Positions 13,485 to 29,222 of a stretch of DNA of 64,000 bases are shown here, in pieces (position 1 is the stretch's first letter; every line of letters begins with the position of its first letter). This stretch comes from Octopus sinensis. Its lineage: Eukaryota. The position numbers and the translations under genes are program-made. The stretch spans positions 307 to 64,306 of the forward strand of contig NW_021832551.1 of the NCBI RefSeq assembly GCF_006345805.1, read 5' to 3'. The notes under the pieces were generated by a model. It saw only the letters and a list, made by a program, of their open reading frames with translations, ran no database searches and was not told the origin of the DNA.

Positions 13485-13676
13485 TTACCTATGGATATCC
13501 TTGTTGCTTATTTTGATTTTGATCACCTTACTTTGAAATTGTATGGTTAATACCGTACTAAATTCTAGTGTCTCAACTTAGTACCATATTCCTCTGAATC
13601 TAATTTTGCTGAACTCATGTACCATACCCAATATTTATATATATATATATATAATGCTAGATATTATATATGTAAT

Positions 13677-13723
<47 letters not shown>

Positions 13724-13758
13724 TAGATATAATATATATATATATATATATATATAAA

Positions 13759-14166
13759 GTGCAGGAGTGGTTGTGTGGTAAGTAGCTTGCTTACCAACTA
13801 CATGGTCCTGGGTTCAGTCCCACGGCGTGGCAACTTGGGCAAGTGACTTCTACTATAGCCTCAGGCCGACCAAAGCCTTGTGAATGGATTTGGTAGACGG
13901 AAACTGGAAGAAGCCCATCGCATATGAATATATATATGTGTGTGTGTGTGTTTGAGTGTATGTGTATACGTTTGAGTGTCTGTTTTTGACCCCACAACAT
14001 CGCTTAACAACCGATACTTGTGTGTTTACGTCCCAGTAAAATAGAGGTTCGGCAAAGAGACCGATAGAATAAGTACTAGGCTTACAAATAGTAAGCTCTG
14101 GGGTCGATTTGCTCGACTAAAAGCGGTGCTCCAGCATGGCCGAAGTCAAATGACTGAAACAAGTAA
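13759..14166 (+). mobile_element. tRNA-derived SINE family B, full length
   Basis: A/B-box head (GGTTGTGTGGTAAG; GGTTCAGTCCC), CTTGGGCAAGTG core, internal microsatellite, tail CAAATGACTGAAACAAGTAAAA. Confidence 0.85.
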
Positions 14167-14317
14167 AAAAAAAAAAAAGAATATGTATATTGAGATAATA
14201 GCATGAAATGTAATATCAAAAAATTTCACACGAAGATGTATGTTTTCAAAATAGTATTGTATTAAAAATATATGTAAATATATGAAATATCATAGTCAAG
14301 AAGTTTGGTAATTAATG

Positions 14318-14409
14318 CATCTTACGATCGTTTCACGAATGTTTTGTCAATATAATGGAATCCATTATTGATACACATTGATAGACAATACTTCCGCTCG
14401 TCAGAGATG
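14318..14409 (-). ncRNA. Type I hammerhead ribozyme, canonical core, extended branched stem II
   Basis: Minus: CATCT CTGACGA GCGGA...TTCGT GAAA C GATC GTA AGATG; loop II contains TTGTC/GACAA and TAATGG/CCATTA helices. Confidence 0.85.
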
Positions 14410-15675
14410 GAGAAGGTAAAGTCTGTATAATATATCGAATGTAATTTTTAAAATCTGAAAAATATATGAAAAAGGATTTTCGAAAAATAAATTAAAATTT
14501 ACTGATTTTGATTTACGTAGGTAGACATTGGTATGAAAATTTTAAAGTTTGTATACATATCCTTGGTAAGTTCATCTCGGTAACCCATGACAATTTTGTG
14601 TAAGCGGTACCTTATCCTGCATTCCATATTTGAGATGTAGAAAAAAATATATGTTTATATACACACGCACACACATGTATATATACAAACAACGACAGGT
14701 AGACATGCAGAAGTGAGTTCGCCGAAATAGGAATAAATGCCTTTCGTACTTAAAACTGGCCTACATGAGTATGTACTTTGCGCCGTCAATGCAAGGAGAT
14801 GACACCGAGGATTTGGCGAGAAATAAGTACAAAGAATATTTATAGTAAATTTAAATTATATTTTGTTACTGATACAACGTCTGTCTAAATTCAATTTAAG
14901 ATGACCGTTTGACCGAGTTAGGTTCATAATCATTGAAAATGTTACACAGAAAATTAAAAGAAGCGGAAGAGGAAATTGTAGAGAGAAACAATGCAAGGAA
15001 AATGGTGGGGGGTTTGAAATAGAAGAATGAGAAATAAAATACGTTAAGAGAGAGCTAAAAGGATCGAAAGTATAAATGAAGGAAGGAATAAAGGAAGGAA
15101 TAATTTAATTTAAGAAGGATAAAGAAAAAAAATAATGGAAAATGGAGAGAAATGGAAGAAGGAATAAAGGGGGCAGAAAGATAGGAACGAAAGAATAAGA
15201 GAAGCAAAGAGCGGCATAGAATGGAAGATGTGTGAAGGAATTAGAGAGAAGGATAGAGGAAAAAGAAAAGAAAGAATGAGAGAAAAAGATAAAGAAATTA
15301 TTAGAGAGAGAGAGAGAGGAATAAAAGGGAGAGAGAGTGAAGAATAAAAGGGAGAGAGGGGGGAGGGAGGAGAGTGTGCATAATGTGTTTTAATAGAAAA
15401 TGGAAAGAAAGAAGAAAGAAAGGAAGGAAGGAAAAGAAGGATTTCAGCCTTAGTGAATAACAGGCAGGATTTTATGTAATCAACCAATGTGGAACAGACG
15501 TGGTGATAATGAAATGTACATGTTCTCTTTTCAAAACACGAACACACACATAGACACAGAGACACATGTTTAGACATGCATATACACATATAATGTAAAT
15601 ACATATATACATATATACGTATATTCGCAACATATATGTGTGTGGGTGGGGTGTGTAAATATATAAAATGTATAT

Positions 15676-15712
<37 letters not shown>

Positions 15713-15940
15713 TATATATAGATGTATATGTATGTATATAATATATATATATAGATATATATATAATATTATATATATGTATATGTATATGGATATATGT
15801 ATATAATATATATATATATAATATATATATATGTAATGTATATATATATATATATATACTATAATATATATATATATGTATATGTATGTATATATATATA
15901 TATATATATATAGTATATGTATGTATATATACATATATAG

Positions 15941-15987
<47 letters not shown>

Positions 15988-15988
15988 T

Positions 15989-16019
<31 letters not shown>

Positions 16020-16229
16020 GGTGTGTGTATGTATGTATTATACGTATTTAGATTTATGATAATTACAATGGACTCATATGTTCTCGCACAGAATCTCATC
16101 TCCGTACTAACACAAACGACACATACACCACAAATGCAAATATGTGCGTGTATGCATAAACATGTATGCGTGTGTATGTATGTATGTATATGTGCATGAG
16201 TGCACATGCATATGCATCAAGTGTGTATG

Positions 16230-16262
<33 letters not shown>

Positions 16263-16477
16263 ATATATGTTTGTGAGTCAATACACATGCGTATGTTTTT
16301 GTTGATACGTAAATGCTAACAATGTGTGCAATCCGTTATGATAATTATATATATTGTGTATATATTATATATATATATATTATATATATATATAACATAT
16401 ATATATATAATATATATATAAAATATTATATATATATACATATTATATATATATTATATATATATATATATATATAA

Positions 16478-16525
<48 letters not shown>

Positions 16526-17191
16526 ATATATATCTGCATACATGCATACATGCATATAGAGAGAATAGTGCCTGGTTAGATAGCAGACAGCAAAACAGTA
16601 AAGAGAGCGGGAAGTTATGTGTTAATGGGGCGAGGTAGAAGGGTGAGAGGGAGAGATAATAGGGAAGAATCAAGAGCGGCAGATTTATGTCCGATGGGAC
16701 ATGTTTGGGAAATGCTTTTCATAGGTATGCAGTCATTGTTATTTTTTGATTTGGTTTGGGTTTTTTTTTTGTTTCGGAGTTGTTTTGCAGTTATTCATTT
16801 ATTTTATTTTATTTTTATTTTATTTATTTATTTTTTTTTTTTTTTTTTGAGAAATAAATAAGATAAATGTAACGAGGAGAGAAAAAAAAAATTATTCGAA
16901 ACGAAACGAAAAGATATTCATTGGAAAATTTTTGCAAAGATTGCAAGCAGATATGATAAAAATATCGAAAGTTTAAAAACGCTGTATGCATAGACGTACG
17001 TACGTATTTAAGTATGTATGTACGTACGTACGTACGTATGTATGTATGTATGAATCTAACAGACAATGTATATGCATAGATGCGTAGATACAAGCAGAAG
17101 ACAATGAGGGAGAGATACCAACATCCCTTTCACACTACCAAATAAAGAAACGTAACAGCTACTCATTCAAGCATATACATGAATATATAGA

Positions 17192-17234
<43 letters not shown>

Positions 17235-17239
17235 TATAT

Positions 17240-17276
<37 letters not shown>

Positions 17277-17557
17277 CGACTATGAGTATGTCTACCGGAT
17301 GTAGTTATGCTTTATTACAATCACAAGCTTATATAAATTTAAATGTAGAAGTAAATAATACCTTTTAAGCGAATATATATGTGTATACGCACATACCTGT
17401 GTGTGCTTGTACACGTGTGTACTTTAATGGAAAACATATACATACTCGCGAGCACACACACACATACACACACATACACACTCTCTTTCTCTCGCGGGCA
17501 CCCCACCACATATACACTCACTCATATACATGTTTGCATATCTATCTATCTATCTAT

Positions 17558-17598
<41 letters not shown>

Positions 17599-18061
17599 AT
17601 ATATATATATTATATTATATATATATATATATATATATATTATATTATATATATATATAGATATATGGATCTATTTATACACAAATCTATGCATGTGCAT
17701 ATACCAGCATAGATATTAACATGTGTATTTGCACACACATATTTTTGCATGATGTGTATTACATGTAGTATATATATAATATATATATATGTATATACAT
17801 GGATATATGTATAATATATATATATATAACCATATGTATATGCATGCATATAGATATGGGTATGTATGCATAATAACATATATATCTTTATGTATAAATA
17901 TACACATGCATACAAACGCATGTGTTCAGACAAACAGGCACACACATTTATATATACATGCATTCATTCAAACATGCATATCTACTATAGTGTGTGCTTA
18001 TTATTCCAGGTATATATAAAACATATAATATATAATGTGTATATATAATGTGTGTGTATGC

Positions 18062-18109
<48 letters not shown>

Positions 18110-19389
18110 GTAAACGTATATCCTTTTTCATAACTGTGTGTATGTATGTGGGTATTATATCACCGTTTAAATGTATCTGTAAGTATACAAACACCAGCGC
18201 GCGCACATGATTATTAAGAACTTACAATTTTGAATCGCTCTTCAGATTTTCTCATTTTCTTAGTTCATGAGATTGACACATTGAAAGATCAGGGTCGAAA
18301 ACTTGCTAGAAGCAGCTCACACTGACTGAGCTTTCAATGAAGAATATTATTCCACTCTAGCTAACAATATTGAGTACATTCTTTGGCTTAATTGCATTTC
18401 AACCATAGTGTCTCTATCATACACACATCCATACATACACACACACGTATTCGTATATATATATATATATATATACAAAGGGAGAGAGAGAGAGAGACAG
18501 AAGACAGAGAAAGTGAGAGAGAGAGAGAGAGAGGGAGAAAGAGTGAAAGATCAATACACACACATATGTATATACGGACATATGCATATGAATATATGAA
18601 TTTATATATACATATATATGCATAAATACATATATATATGCATATATATATACGTATATATATGTATGTGTGTAAAAATATATATATATAATCACATTTA
18701 CATATGTATATATGAATGCATTGATGCATGTTTAAGCATGTGTATAAGGCAATGATATAAATACATTTCCATGTATTCGCTTATGAAAATGAGGAAGCCG
18801 ACGGCTGGGAACTATACATACATGCATATATATATGCATATATATATATATATATTCATATATATATACGTATATATATACATACATGAATACATATATG
18901 TATATATGTGTATATATACATATATATATGTATATATATATATATACATATACTATGTATATATTACGTATATATATATTGTATATATATATACTATATG
19001 TTATATATAATATATATATACTATATATATATATATATATATGTATATACATACATATATATATAATATATAATAGATATATATGTATGTATGTAGTATA
19101 TATATATGCCTATACATAAATGCTTCTGTGTGTGCTAGTGTGTCTATGTGATATTATCTGCCGATGTGAAAAGATGAAGGCCTGCAATTCAGTTAGCGCG
19201 GAATGTACAATGCGCTACAATGGCGGCATACACAGCTGAATAAATGAAAAACTACATTTTTTTTTATGGATTTCCTAGTGAGATATTTTCATGGGATCAA
19301 AACAAGTGAATAGAGAGGAAACGATAGAATCAATAACTGTTAACAATAACACTAACATTAACAACAACATTATTAACAAACAACAATGC

Positions 19390-19432
<43 letters not shown>

Positions 19433-19874
19433 TAGTAGTAGTAGTATTGACGGCAACAACTGGAATGAGAGCTCCAATGTCGCCGCCAGCAGTTGTATTA
19501 AGAGCAGCGATTACAAAAATATGAACATGTATGAATTTTGTGTTTCTAACCACACACATATATATATGTATATATAGTATATATATATATATCTATATAT
19601 ATATATATATATATATATAAATGTATGTGTATGTTGTATATATATATATTAATATATATATATACATACTTCTATATAAGTAATATATATATAGTTTAAT
19701 ATCTGTATGTATATAATATATATATACATATATATATGTGATATATATCTATCTATATATATATATATATACACGTGTCTTTGTATCTGTTATAAATGCG
19801 TGTGTATATGTAAATAGATATATGTATATATGTACGTAAGCATATAAGTATATATGTATGCATTCGTCTGTGTT

Positions 19875-19919
<45 letters not shown>

Positions 19920-20911
19920 TGTGTGTGTGTCTGTGTGTGTCTGTGTGTGTCTGTGTGTCTGTGTGTGTGTATGTGTTTGTGCGCGCATGTGTGTATATAT
20001 GTATATATGTAAGCCGCTAATATAACATGGAAATTAAAACCTTCAGCTTACCAAATTATATTCATATATTCATAACATATCTTTCTTTTCAAAGAATCCT
20101 AGGCGGAAATATCAGCCAGTAGGTTTCTTCGTTTTTTTCTTTTCTTTTCTTTTTTTTTTATGAGAGCTTTTAAAATGCTCGAAAACACACCAAGATCGAT
20201 ACTTGTAAAATGCAGCCGACGGAACTGGCTTGTATCCCCTAATTTACTTTCCAAGACCATATTACCTTTGTCTTATTCCTTTTAAGGAACATTGCAAATC
20301 TTCCAATCCGTTCTTTTATACCTTTCTTACTTCGATGTAGTTGTGGTTGAATGGTTAAGTCGTTTGCTTGCCAATCACGAGGTATCCTGTTCGATCCCAT
20401 TATACCTTTATTTTGGTATGTGCCTTCTCCTGTAGCTTGATTTATATACATTTGGGGGGAAACTACGCTACACAAGATGTGAAATGTAATTATAATTATT
20501 CTGCTTAACGCTTGTGCTCGATTTTTCGAGATTTCTCCATCGATCAGATGGCGAAAGCCAGTACGAGATGGAATTCAAAGCGCTGAAGTTCATCTCCTAA
20601 ATTTCAGTTGAATGGTGTTTGGGAGATGAAAACTGTGTAGGAACCTGTACAAGGCACACCTAATACGTTGCCTCGTTTAACATCCTTCTTAATATAAGGG
20701 TCCTTTTGTAAGATCCACTCCGTTACATTCATTTGTAACAGGCTTTAATTCGCTCCCACATTGCATCAGTTTCAGATGTTGAGATATGTATCATGTGGCT
20801 CATGCCCCCCCCCCCCTTCTTCGGTATAAGCCACTATTGGCTGTGTAGTATAAACACATCAGAGTTAAAAGCAAACACACACACACACACGTACACACAC
20901 GTATGTGTGTG

Positions 20912-22132
<1,221 letters not shown>

Positions 22133-22674
22133 GCCTGATATATAAAACGTACATATATTCATGTAGATATATATATAGGGATATGTATAGAGAGAAACGA
22201 AAACTAAAAATATTCAAAAGATAAAAATTCATGTAGAGGTATATAAATATTTATAAATTACAAAATACATTTATATTGAGTTCAAAAGCACAAAATATTA
22301 AAAGGAGAAAGCATGGTATTTTAAGCCCGACTGCTGTTTCTGGAGGCTCGGAATTATGTAATAGTTGTAATGTTGGCAAGGGTGTGTAAAAGACGCATAT
22401 AAACATTCCTGTGAGAATGGCTTCGTTGGTCATGGTGGAATGATCGGCAAATAGTGGCTGTATATAGCGGCAGAAGTGTTGCTGACAGTCATTGTTTTTG
22501 ACATCTAGGAAGTCATACATGTTGACGATTTGACAGGCATCATGTATGTGTGTACGTACGAACGTACGTATCTATGTATGTATGTATGCATGTATGCATG
22601 TATGCATGTATGTATGTATGTATGTATGTATGTATGTATGTATGTATGTATGTATGTATGTATGTATGTATGTA

Positions 22675-22880
22675 TGCTCTTTTACTCTTTTACCTGTTTC
22701 AGTCATTTGACTGCGGCCATGCTGAAGCACCGCCTTTAGTCGAGCAAATCATTATAAGCCTAGTACCTATTCTATTGGGCTCTTTTGCCGAACCGCTGAG
22801 TTACAGGGACGTAAACACACCAGCATCTGTTGTCAAGCGATGTAGGGGGGAGGAGCAAACACAGGCACGCAAACACACAC
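22675..22880 (-). mobile_element. SINE family B 3' half
   Basis: TTTCAGTCATTTGACTGCGGCCATGCTG..CACCGCCTTTAGTCGAGCAAATC = reverse complement of the 13759 element tail. Confidence 0.8.
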
Positions 22881-22964
22881 ACATACTTATATATACATAT
22901 ACATATATGTTACAGCCTTATATATATAATTAGGTATAAGGATAAAAATTATATAAGAATTTAT

Positions 22965-23210
22965 CAAATAGCCAGCGTGAAAAAACCACTTAAGGGAAGA
23001 ATTTCTACAAAATATATAATTATTCCCTTTAAATGCATTGGAAGCAGTACTGCGGATATCCCAACACATGAGCTGGAGACATGAGCGCCTCAAGCACTTC
23101 TCATAAGGAATTCCGGAAGGAGCTTCGTGAGACTACCACAGGTATGCTTCCGACAGATTTCTGTAACCGTTGGAAAATCGACTATAACATTGACTCCATT
23201 AATTCCTAGC
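22965..23210 (+). mobile_element. Possible Penelope-like GIY-YIG C-terminal fossil
   Basis: KPLKGRISTK and SQHMSWRH..KHFS loosely resemble GIY-YIG motifs; lies directly upstream of a hammerhead, as expected for a PLE 3' end. Confidence 0.35.
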
Positions 23211-23252
23211 AATATCTGAAGAAGGAATTTTTATATTCTGAAATATCATATT
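23211..23252 (+). ncRNA. Minimal (dimer-type) type I hammerhead
   Basis: AATAT CTGAAGA A GGAAT ttttat ATTCT GAAA T ATC ATATT: 5-bp stem I, 5-bp stem II, loopless palindromic ATAT stem III, AUC triplet. Confidence 0.75.
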
Positions 23253-23374
23253 AGACTATGAATAATTAAATCATTTATAACAGTTATTATAGTCCACTCT
23301 GCATAGTTGTGCCATTCCATACAGGTTACATTATATATATATATATATATAAAGACAGAGAGAGAGAGAGAGAG

Positions 23375-23487
23375 AAAGTCTTTTACGTTTCGAGCCTACG
23401 CTCTTCTACAGAAAGGGACACGGAAAACAAGGAGAGGAACAAGGAGAGAAAAAATGAGTGTAGTGGCTAATGATCTATCTTGGCGTC

Positions 23488-23489
<2 letters not shown>
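23375..23489 (-). mobile_element. Microsatellite-flanked mini-element with hammerhead variant (CUGUAGA core)
   Basis: Minus 23415-23380: CTTT CTGTAGA A GAGC gtag GCTC GAAA C GTA AAAG; homologous to 56209-56395. Confidence 0.6.
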
Positions 23490-23519
<30 letters not shown>

Positions 23520-23797
23520 GACCTCGAACCCTCAAGAGTAAAGAAGAAAGACAGAGACAGGCAAGAAACAAGGAAAATAGCCCTTGTATTTGAATACTAT
23601 GCAAATATTCTTTTAAAAAACTTTTCTTTTAATTTTTCCCAAATTTAATTGTTTTCCATATTGTAAGCCAGAGAGAAAAAAACCCAAATAAATATAAATT
23701 ACAGATTTACCTACCTTTTACTACAAAATAAATAAGTGAACGACTTCCTCCCTTAGCAACATATTTTCCTTAGCAATTTTATCTTTCAACTCTCATT

Positions 23798-23821
23798 CTG
23801 ATGAACAATGCGAAACCGGTC
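23798..23821 (+). ncRNA. Hammerhead core without a clear stem I
   Basis: CTGATGA ACAATGC GAAAC CG GTC (ACCGGT palindrome, GUC triplet); flanks do not pair. Confidence 0.45.
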
Positions 23822-24329
23822 CTTCAATTATGTATTCTCGTTTATCACTGAAGCATTTATCATCGATCTGGGATATCAAGGTACATACCATTGTGAACCA
23901 TATACAAAATGAAAGCATTGCGCCTGTTTCAAAAAGTTTCTTTCTGGGAAGTATCGCAACCACTTTAATTTCTCACCATAGCGCTCCCATAATATTTTTC
24001 CACATTCTTATATGCTCACAATGTTCCCAACTAGGTGCTACTGCCCAAGGTTAAAAGCTCTGGTTTAGACTGACAAAGGTCAAATTTCTGCCGCTTTTTC
24101 GGGAATTAAGTATATTATCTCAACTCCTTATTTTCCATCTTTCCTCAAGTTGCTTCGATATTACAATAATTTCTTGTATTAAAATAACTAATGCCCCCTT
24201 AAAAATACTCAAGCTCACTAACTGTATATCTTATCCTTAATGTTCTGGCTGGTTATTGTGTAACAATCACTAAGCTGGGGCAAGTTGACTGTTTAGGGGA
24301 AACATGAAGAGTGAGAACAGTTATTTCCA

Positions 24330-25370
24330 ACTCAACAGGATGTTCGGGCTAAATTCGACGATATTTGATATCTTCTCTTTTTTTAGGAACTATTTCATGT
24401 ACTGGTGGACAGTTAACCGCATTGGAGAGTAAAACGATTCAAGCCGTAGCTGAGAACAAGTTAGCTGACCTGAAATATTGAAAGCCATCTGAAGACGAGA
24501 AAAGTGTTACGTGTACCATAATTGTTCGCGCCGGGTACGAAAATACCGACATCGAAACTGCAGTTCAACGCTCTGCGGACATTGTCAATGCTGTAAGAGG
24601 TGACATGAACAGCTGAAACGGAGTCTACGAAGCCGTCGCTATGAGGAACTGTCATGGTGGGTCTGTGTGACGAGGGTGACGTAATGGCTCACCTACATAT
24701 TTGAACTGGGCCATAGGCTCAATTCAAAGGGTTAAGTCAAGCTGCTGGAGACTGTGGTCAAATTCTTTGCTGAAGAAGGTTACTGCTAGAAGGCCATATG
24801 TGTGGCAGGAGGATTCAACTTCTTGCCATGCCGCCAGAAAGAGTCAGAAATGGTTGTCGGAAGGCGGAGGCGGCGAGCTGGCAGAAACGTTAGCACGCCG
24901 GGCGAAATACTTACCGATATTTCGTCTGCCGTTGCGTTCTGAGTTCAAATTCAGCCGAGGTTGACTTTGCCTTTCATCCTTTCGGGGTCGATAAATAAAG
25001 TACCAGTTACGTACTAGGGTCGACGTAATCGAAGAGAATTTCTGCAACTTCTCCAAACCCAATTTCTGGTCTCTTAATTTCCCTGATTATGATTCCATGG
25101 ATTACTGTGTGTTGGGCACGGTTGAAGAAGACACAAAGCACTCTGCTTGCAACACTTAGGCCAAGATGATTACTATTTGAATAGAATATTGTGTCTGTTT
25201 TTCCTTTTATGGAAAATGACAAATTTACCCCGAACAAAATTTAATATTATTTTCATACTCTTTTCATATATTAAAATCATATCTCTGCAATTAAAGGACA
25301 AATATTTTTACCAAAAATCTATTTAAAAAATCTGGGCCAATTGGCTTTGTGTTCGGAACCCTTTTACATA
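24330..25370 (+). mobile_element. Tc1/mariner (maT/DD37D-like) deleted fossil interrupted by a SINE
   Basis: RRPYVWQEDSTSCHAARKSQKWLS[SINE]ENFCNFSKPNFWSLNSPDYDSMDYCVLG; same family as 1890 and 11055. Confidence 0.75.
24863..25031 (+). mobile_element. SINE family A nested in the mariner fossil
   Basis: GGCGGCGAGCTGGCAGAAACG head, GAGTTCAAATTC B box, CCTTTCATCCTTTCGGGGTCGATAAA core; splits the WLS|ENF coding motif. Confidence 0.85.
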
Positions 25371-25577
25371 CTATCCTACTTATGTACTGTTTAAAGCATG
25401 TTGAACATTCGTCAGATTATTATAGAAGCACCCCCCCCCCCCCGCACCAATTTATTTATTAGGCTTATATAAATTTAAGTACGTGTGCGCGTGCATCTGC
25501 GTGTGTGCGTGTATATGCATAACTCCCTCCCACTTGCTTTGACTCTCTCTCTCTCTCTTTCTGAATACATATAAATA

Positions 25578-25656
<79 letters not shown>

Positions 25657-25689
25657 CATATATATATATACATATATATATATGTGTAT

Positions 25690-26026
25690 ATGTATGTATG
25701 TATATCAGAGAGAGAAAGAAAGCAAGGTCTATGGATATCTATCTACACACACACACACACCACACACACACATATATATATATCAATATATTAATGTATC
25801 CATGCTTTTATGCAGGTATATATCATTGTAATATATATTAAATAGATATTATTTATAGTATATATAATATATATATACCTAAAATAGTATATAAAATATG
25901 TATATCATATATATATATATATATGTTTACACACACACATGCATACATACATATCTATGTATGTGTATATGTATGTATGCATGTATGTATATCAGAGAGA
26001 GGAAGAAAGCAAGGTCTATGGATATC

Positions 26027-26095
<69 letters not shown>

Positions 26096-26220
26096 ATGCT
26101 TTTATGCAGGTATATATCATTGTAATATATATTAAATGGATATTATTTATAGTATATATAATATATATACCTATAATAGTATATAAAATATATATATCAT
26201 ATATATATATTCACACACAC
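25690..26220. repeat. About 285-bp tandem duplication of low-complexity sequence
   Basis: GAAAGCAAGGTCTATGGATATCTATCTAC and CCATGCTTTTATGCAGGTATATATCATTGTAA each occur twice. Confidence 0.85.
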
Positions 26221-26721
26221 GCACGCACACACACATGCATACATGCATACATACCATACATACATACACACATGTACATACATACATACAAACATGTACA
26301 TACATACATACATACATACATGCATAAATGTACGCATGCATGCATACAGACATACACGTATGCATGCATTCTTTGGGAAATAATCTATTAGTTTTGAAGT
26401 TTGGTAAATAAAGGATGTTGTGTATGAATAAAAGGAATTGGAATTATACCTTCAGCACCATCCTTGAAAGATTCTTCAAAAAAGTTATTTGATTGAAAAT
26501 TCAATTGAATTCTATAACATGTCACGGTTTCTGCACCTGTTACCTTCATGTTTGTGTGTATGCACGCATGCATGTTTGCATATATGCATGTAATTTTTTC
26601 TGTATATGAACTTATGCAAGTATGTGTGCGTATGTATATATGTATATTTGTATCTATGCCCGCTTGAATATGTGTCTATTCTTTGTATATATATATATAT
26701 ATATGTATGTATATATATATA

Positions 26722-26769
<48 letters not shown>

Positions 26770-27106
26770 TATTTTTTGTTAATTATTTGAATTCGTCTTC
26801 ACAATTCTTATTTGAATTCTTCTTGTAAGTGAAGTGGTTTGTAACAAAGAAACTAAGTTGTGTCGTAAGATCTTTGAAAGCAACAACGTCGAAGAATAGT
26901 TACCTGTTGAAATTTTCAGTCTTGAATATATCTACTGTTTTGATTTCAGATTGCATATTAAAGTACCTGTGAATATATGTATATTTATATGGGGATGTAT
27001 GCACGCACATCATGCGAATGGAAGAATGTATTATGCGTGTATATGTGAGTACTTGAAGCTATGTGTGACTCTGTGTGTATGTGTTTACATTGATATTTAA
27101 AATATA

Positions 27107-27178
<72 letters not shown>

Positions 27179-27339
27179 AAAAAAAAATGTACTCCATCTA
27201 GAGAGAGATAATATCAATTTGATACACAACCGAAAGAGCTGAAAATAATTTCATGCTTTTATGATACTTTAAATAGACATATATACACCATTTACCTTCA
27301 AGCAATCTTTCAGGCTCTGCCTATGCGGTTTATACATAC

Positions 27340-27447
<108 letters not shown>

Positions 27448-28484
27448 AAAACAAGGACGCTGGACAGTGAGTAAATAAGAATAAACGTGAAAAAAAACAA
27501 AAAAACGTGAGGAAGGTTGCTGCAAAAACTGGAACGAGAAGACGGAAACGAAACCAAGAAAACTAAGATCCCTGTCCTCTCTGATTACAGAATTCTCAAT
27601 TAATACAGCTAGCATAAAACAAAGTAAGTGAAAATACGCCAGTGTCTGCGCGACAGCAACACAATTCGGAGCGGTTGGTGTCCTCCAATTCGATAAAAGA
27701 AACCCGTTCATTTGTTTACATCCTGCTAAAAAAATTTATATAGAAACAAACATAGGCTCATTATATTCATTAATACATGCATCCACATAAGTACAGACAA
27801 GCCGGTATGCCCTTACACATGCATGCAATATATCTATGAATGTTTGTGTACTTGTGTGTGCGTGTGTATGTACAAATGCCTTGGTATTCGTTTGTGGTAC
27901 GTAACTGGTACCTAGGTACGTCTCTGCGATGCTCTCTACAATGCCTTACGCATACGTTATAAATTGCGATGTGAGCGCGCGTTTTTTATATGGCTTCTTT
28001 ATAATTTTCTGATCCGTAAGCTGGTTGAATCAGCAGCCGATACATGAGATTCAGAATAACACGATACTTAAGATTTAAGCGAAAAATTATTATATTAGTT
28101 GAAATAAATTTGGTTCACATATTGTAAAATATGTCTGGCTTTTGCGTTTTTGTGTCTGTTCGTTTTCATTTTTGCGTCCGGTTAGTTATGCAATAAAGCA
28201 GCGAGGTTCTCACGCCATTTTGGATCTTTTAAAGCTCGCTTGAAGTTTTTGTTTCTATTTGACTTCTCACATCTCTCTCTCACTCTCTCTCTCTCCCCCT
28301 CTCTCTCTCTCTCACTCTCTCTCTCTCCTCGACCGATCGAGTAATCTTGAAAGTCCATGTAGTTTATAAAACAGCAGCTGAAAACTTTTTTGTTTTGTTT
28401 TACACCACGTATTGAGTACTTTCTCGAATATACGCTGTGAAACACACATATATAGACTCTCGGGGATGCATAAATATATAAAGT

Positions 28485-28990
28485 CATCAGACTACTGCTC
28501 CCAACTGTGGTCACCGCATAGTGTCAAACTAACCACAGAGCTTGAGACAATCCAAAGACATTTCACCAAGAGGATTTCCACCATGAAAGAAAAGAACTAT
28601 TGGGAGAGGCTTGGGGAACTCAACTTGTACTCCTTGGAACGAAGACGAGAGAGATATGCAGTGATATACATATGGAAAATCCTGGAGGGACTAGCACCAA
28701 ATTTTGGAATTGAGAGCTGTTCCAATCCCCGTACAGGACGTCACTGTGTGGTGCCAAAGGTCCCGTCTTCCACATCCAGGGTAAGGAGCAGATACTGTAA
28801 TAGCCTGGGGTTCAGGGGCCCTCGGCTTTTCAACAAACTGCCAAGAAAACTAAGAGATCTACATGATGCGGATGTGGACATTTTCAAAAAACATCTAGAC
28901 AAGCTGCTTTCCGGATCCCAGATGAACCCACTGCAAGGTACGAAGGTAACCTAAGGGCAGCAGCTACAAACTCTCTCTTAGATCAGTGGC
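28485..28990 (+). mobile_element. CR1-like LINE, 3' end of ORF2
   Basis: DYCSQLWSPH...LETIQRHFTK...YWERLGELNLYSLERRRERY...RGPRLFNKLP...FKKHLDKLL. Confidence 0.9.
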
Positions 28991-29141
28991 CAGCCACGGC
29001 AAACTGGACTTGGAGAGGGTAGCAACAACAGGGCGTGCCCCAGCATGGCCTGCAGCCGGGCTGAAACAAGTAAAAGAGTAAAAGAGTAAAAGAGTAAAGA
29101 GACAGAAAAACGGATAAACACACACACACCACCACACACAT

Positions 29142-29216
<75 letters not shown>

Positions 29217-29222
<6 letters not shown>

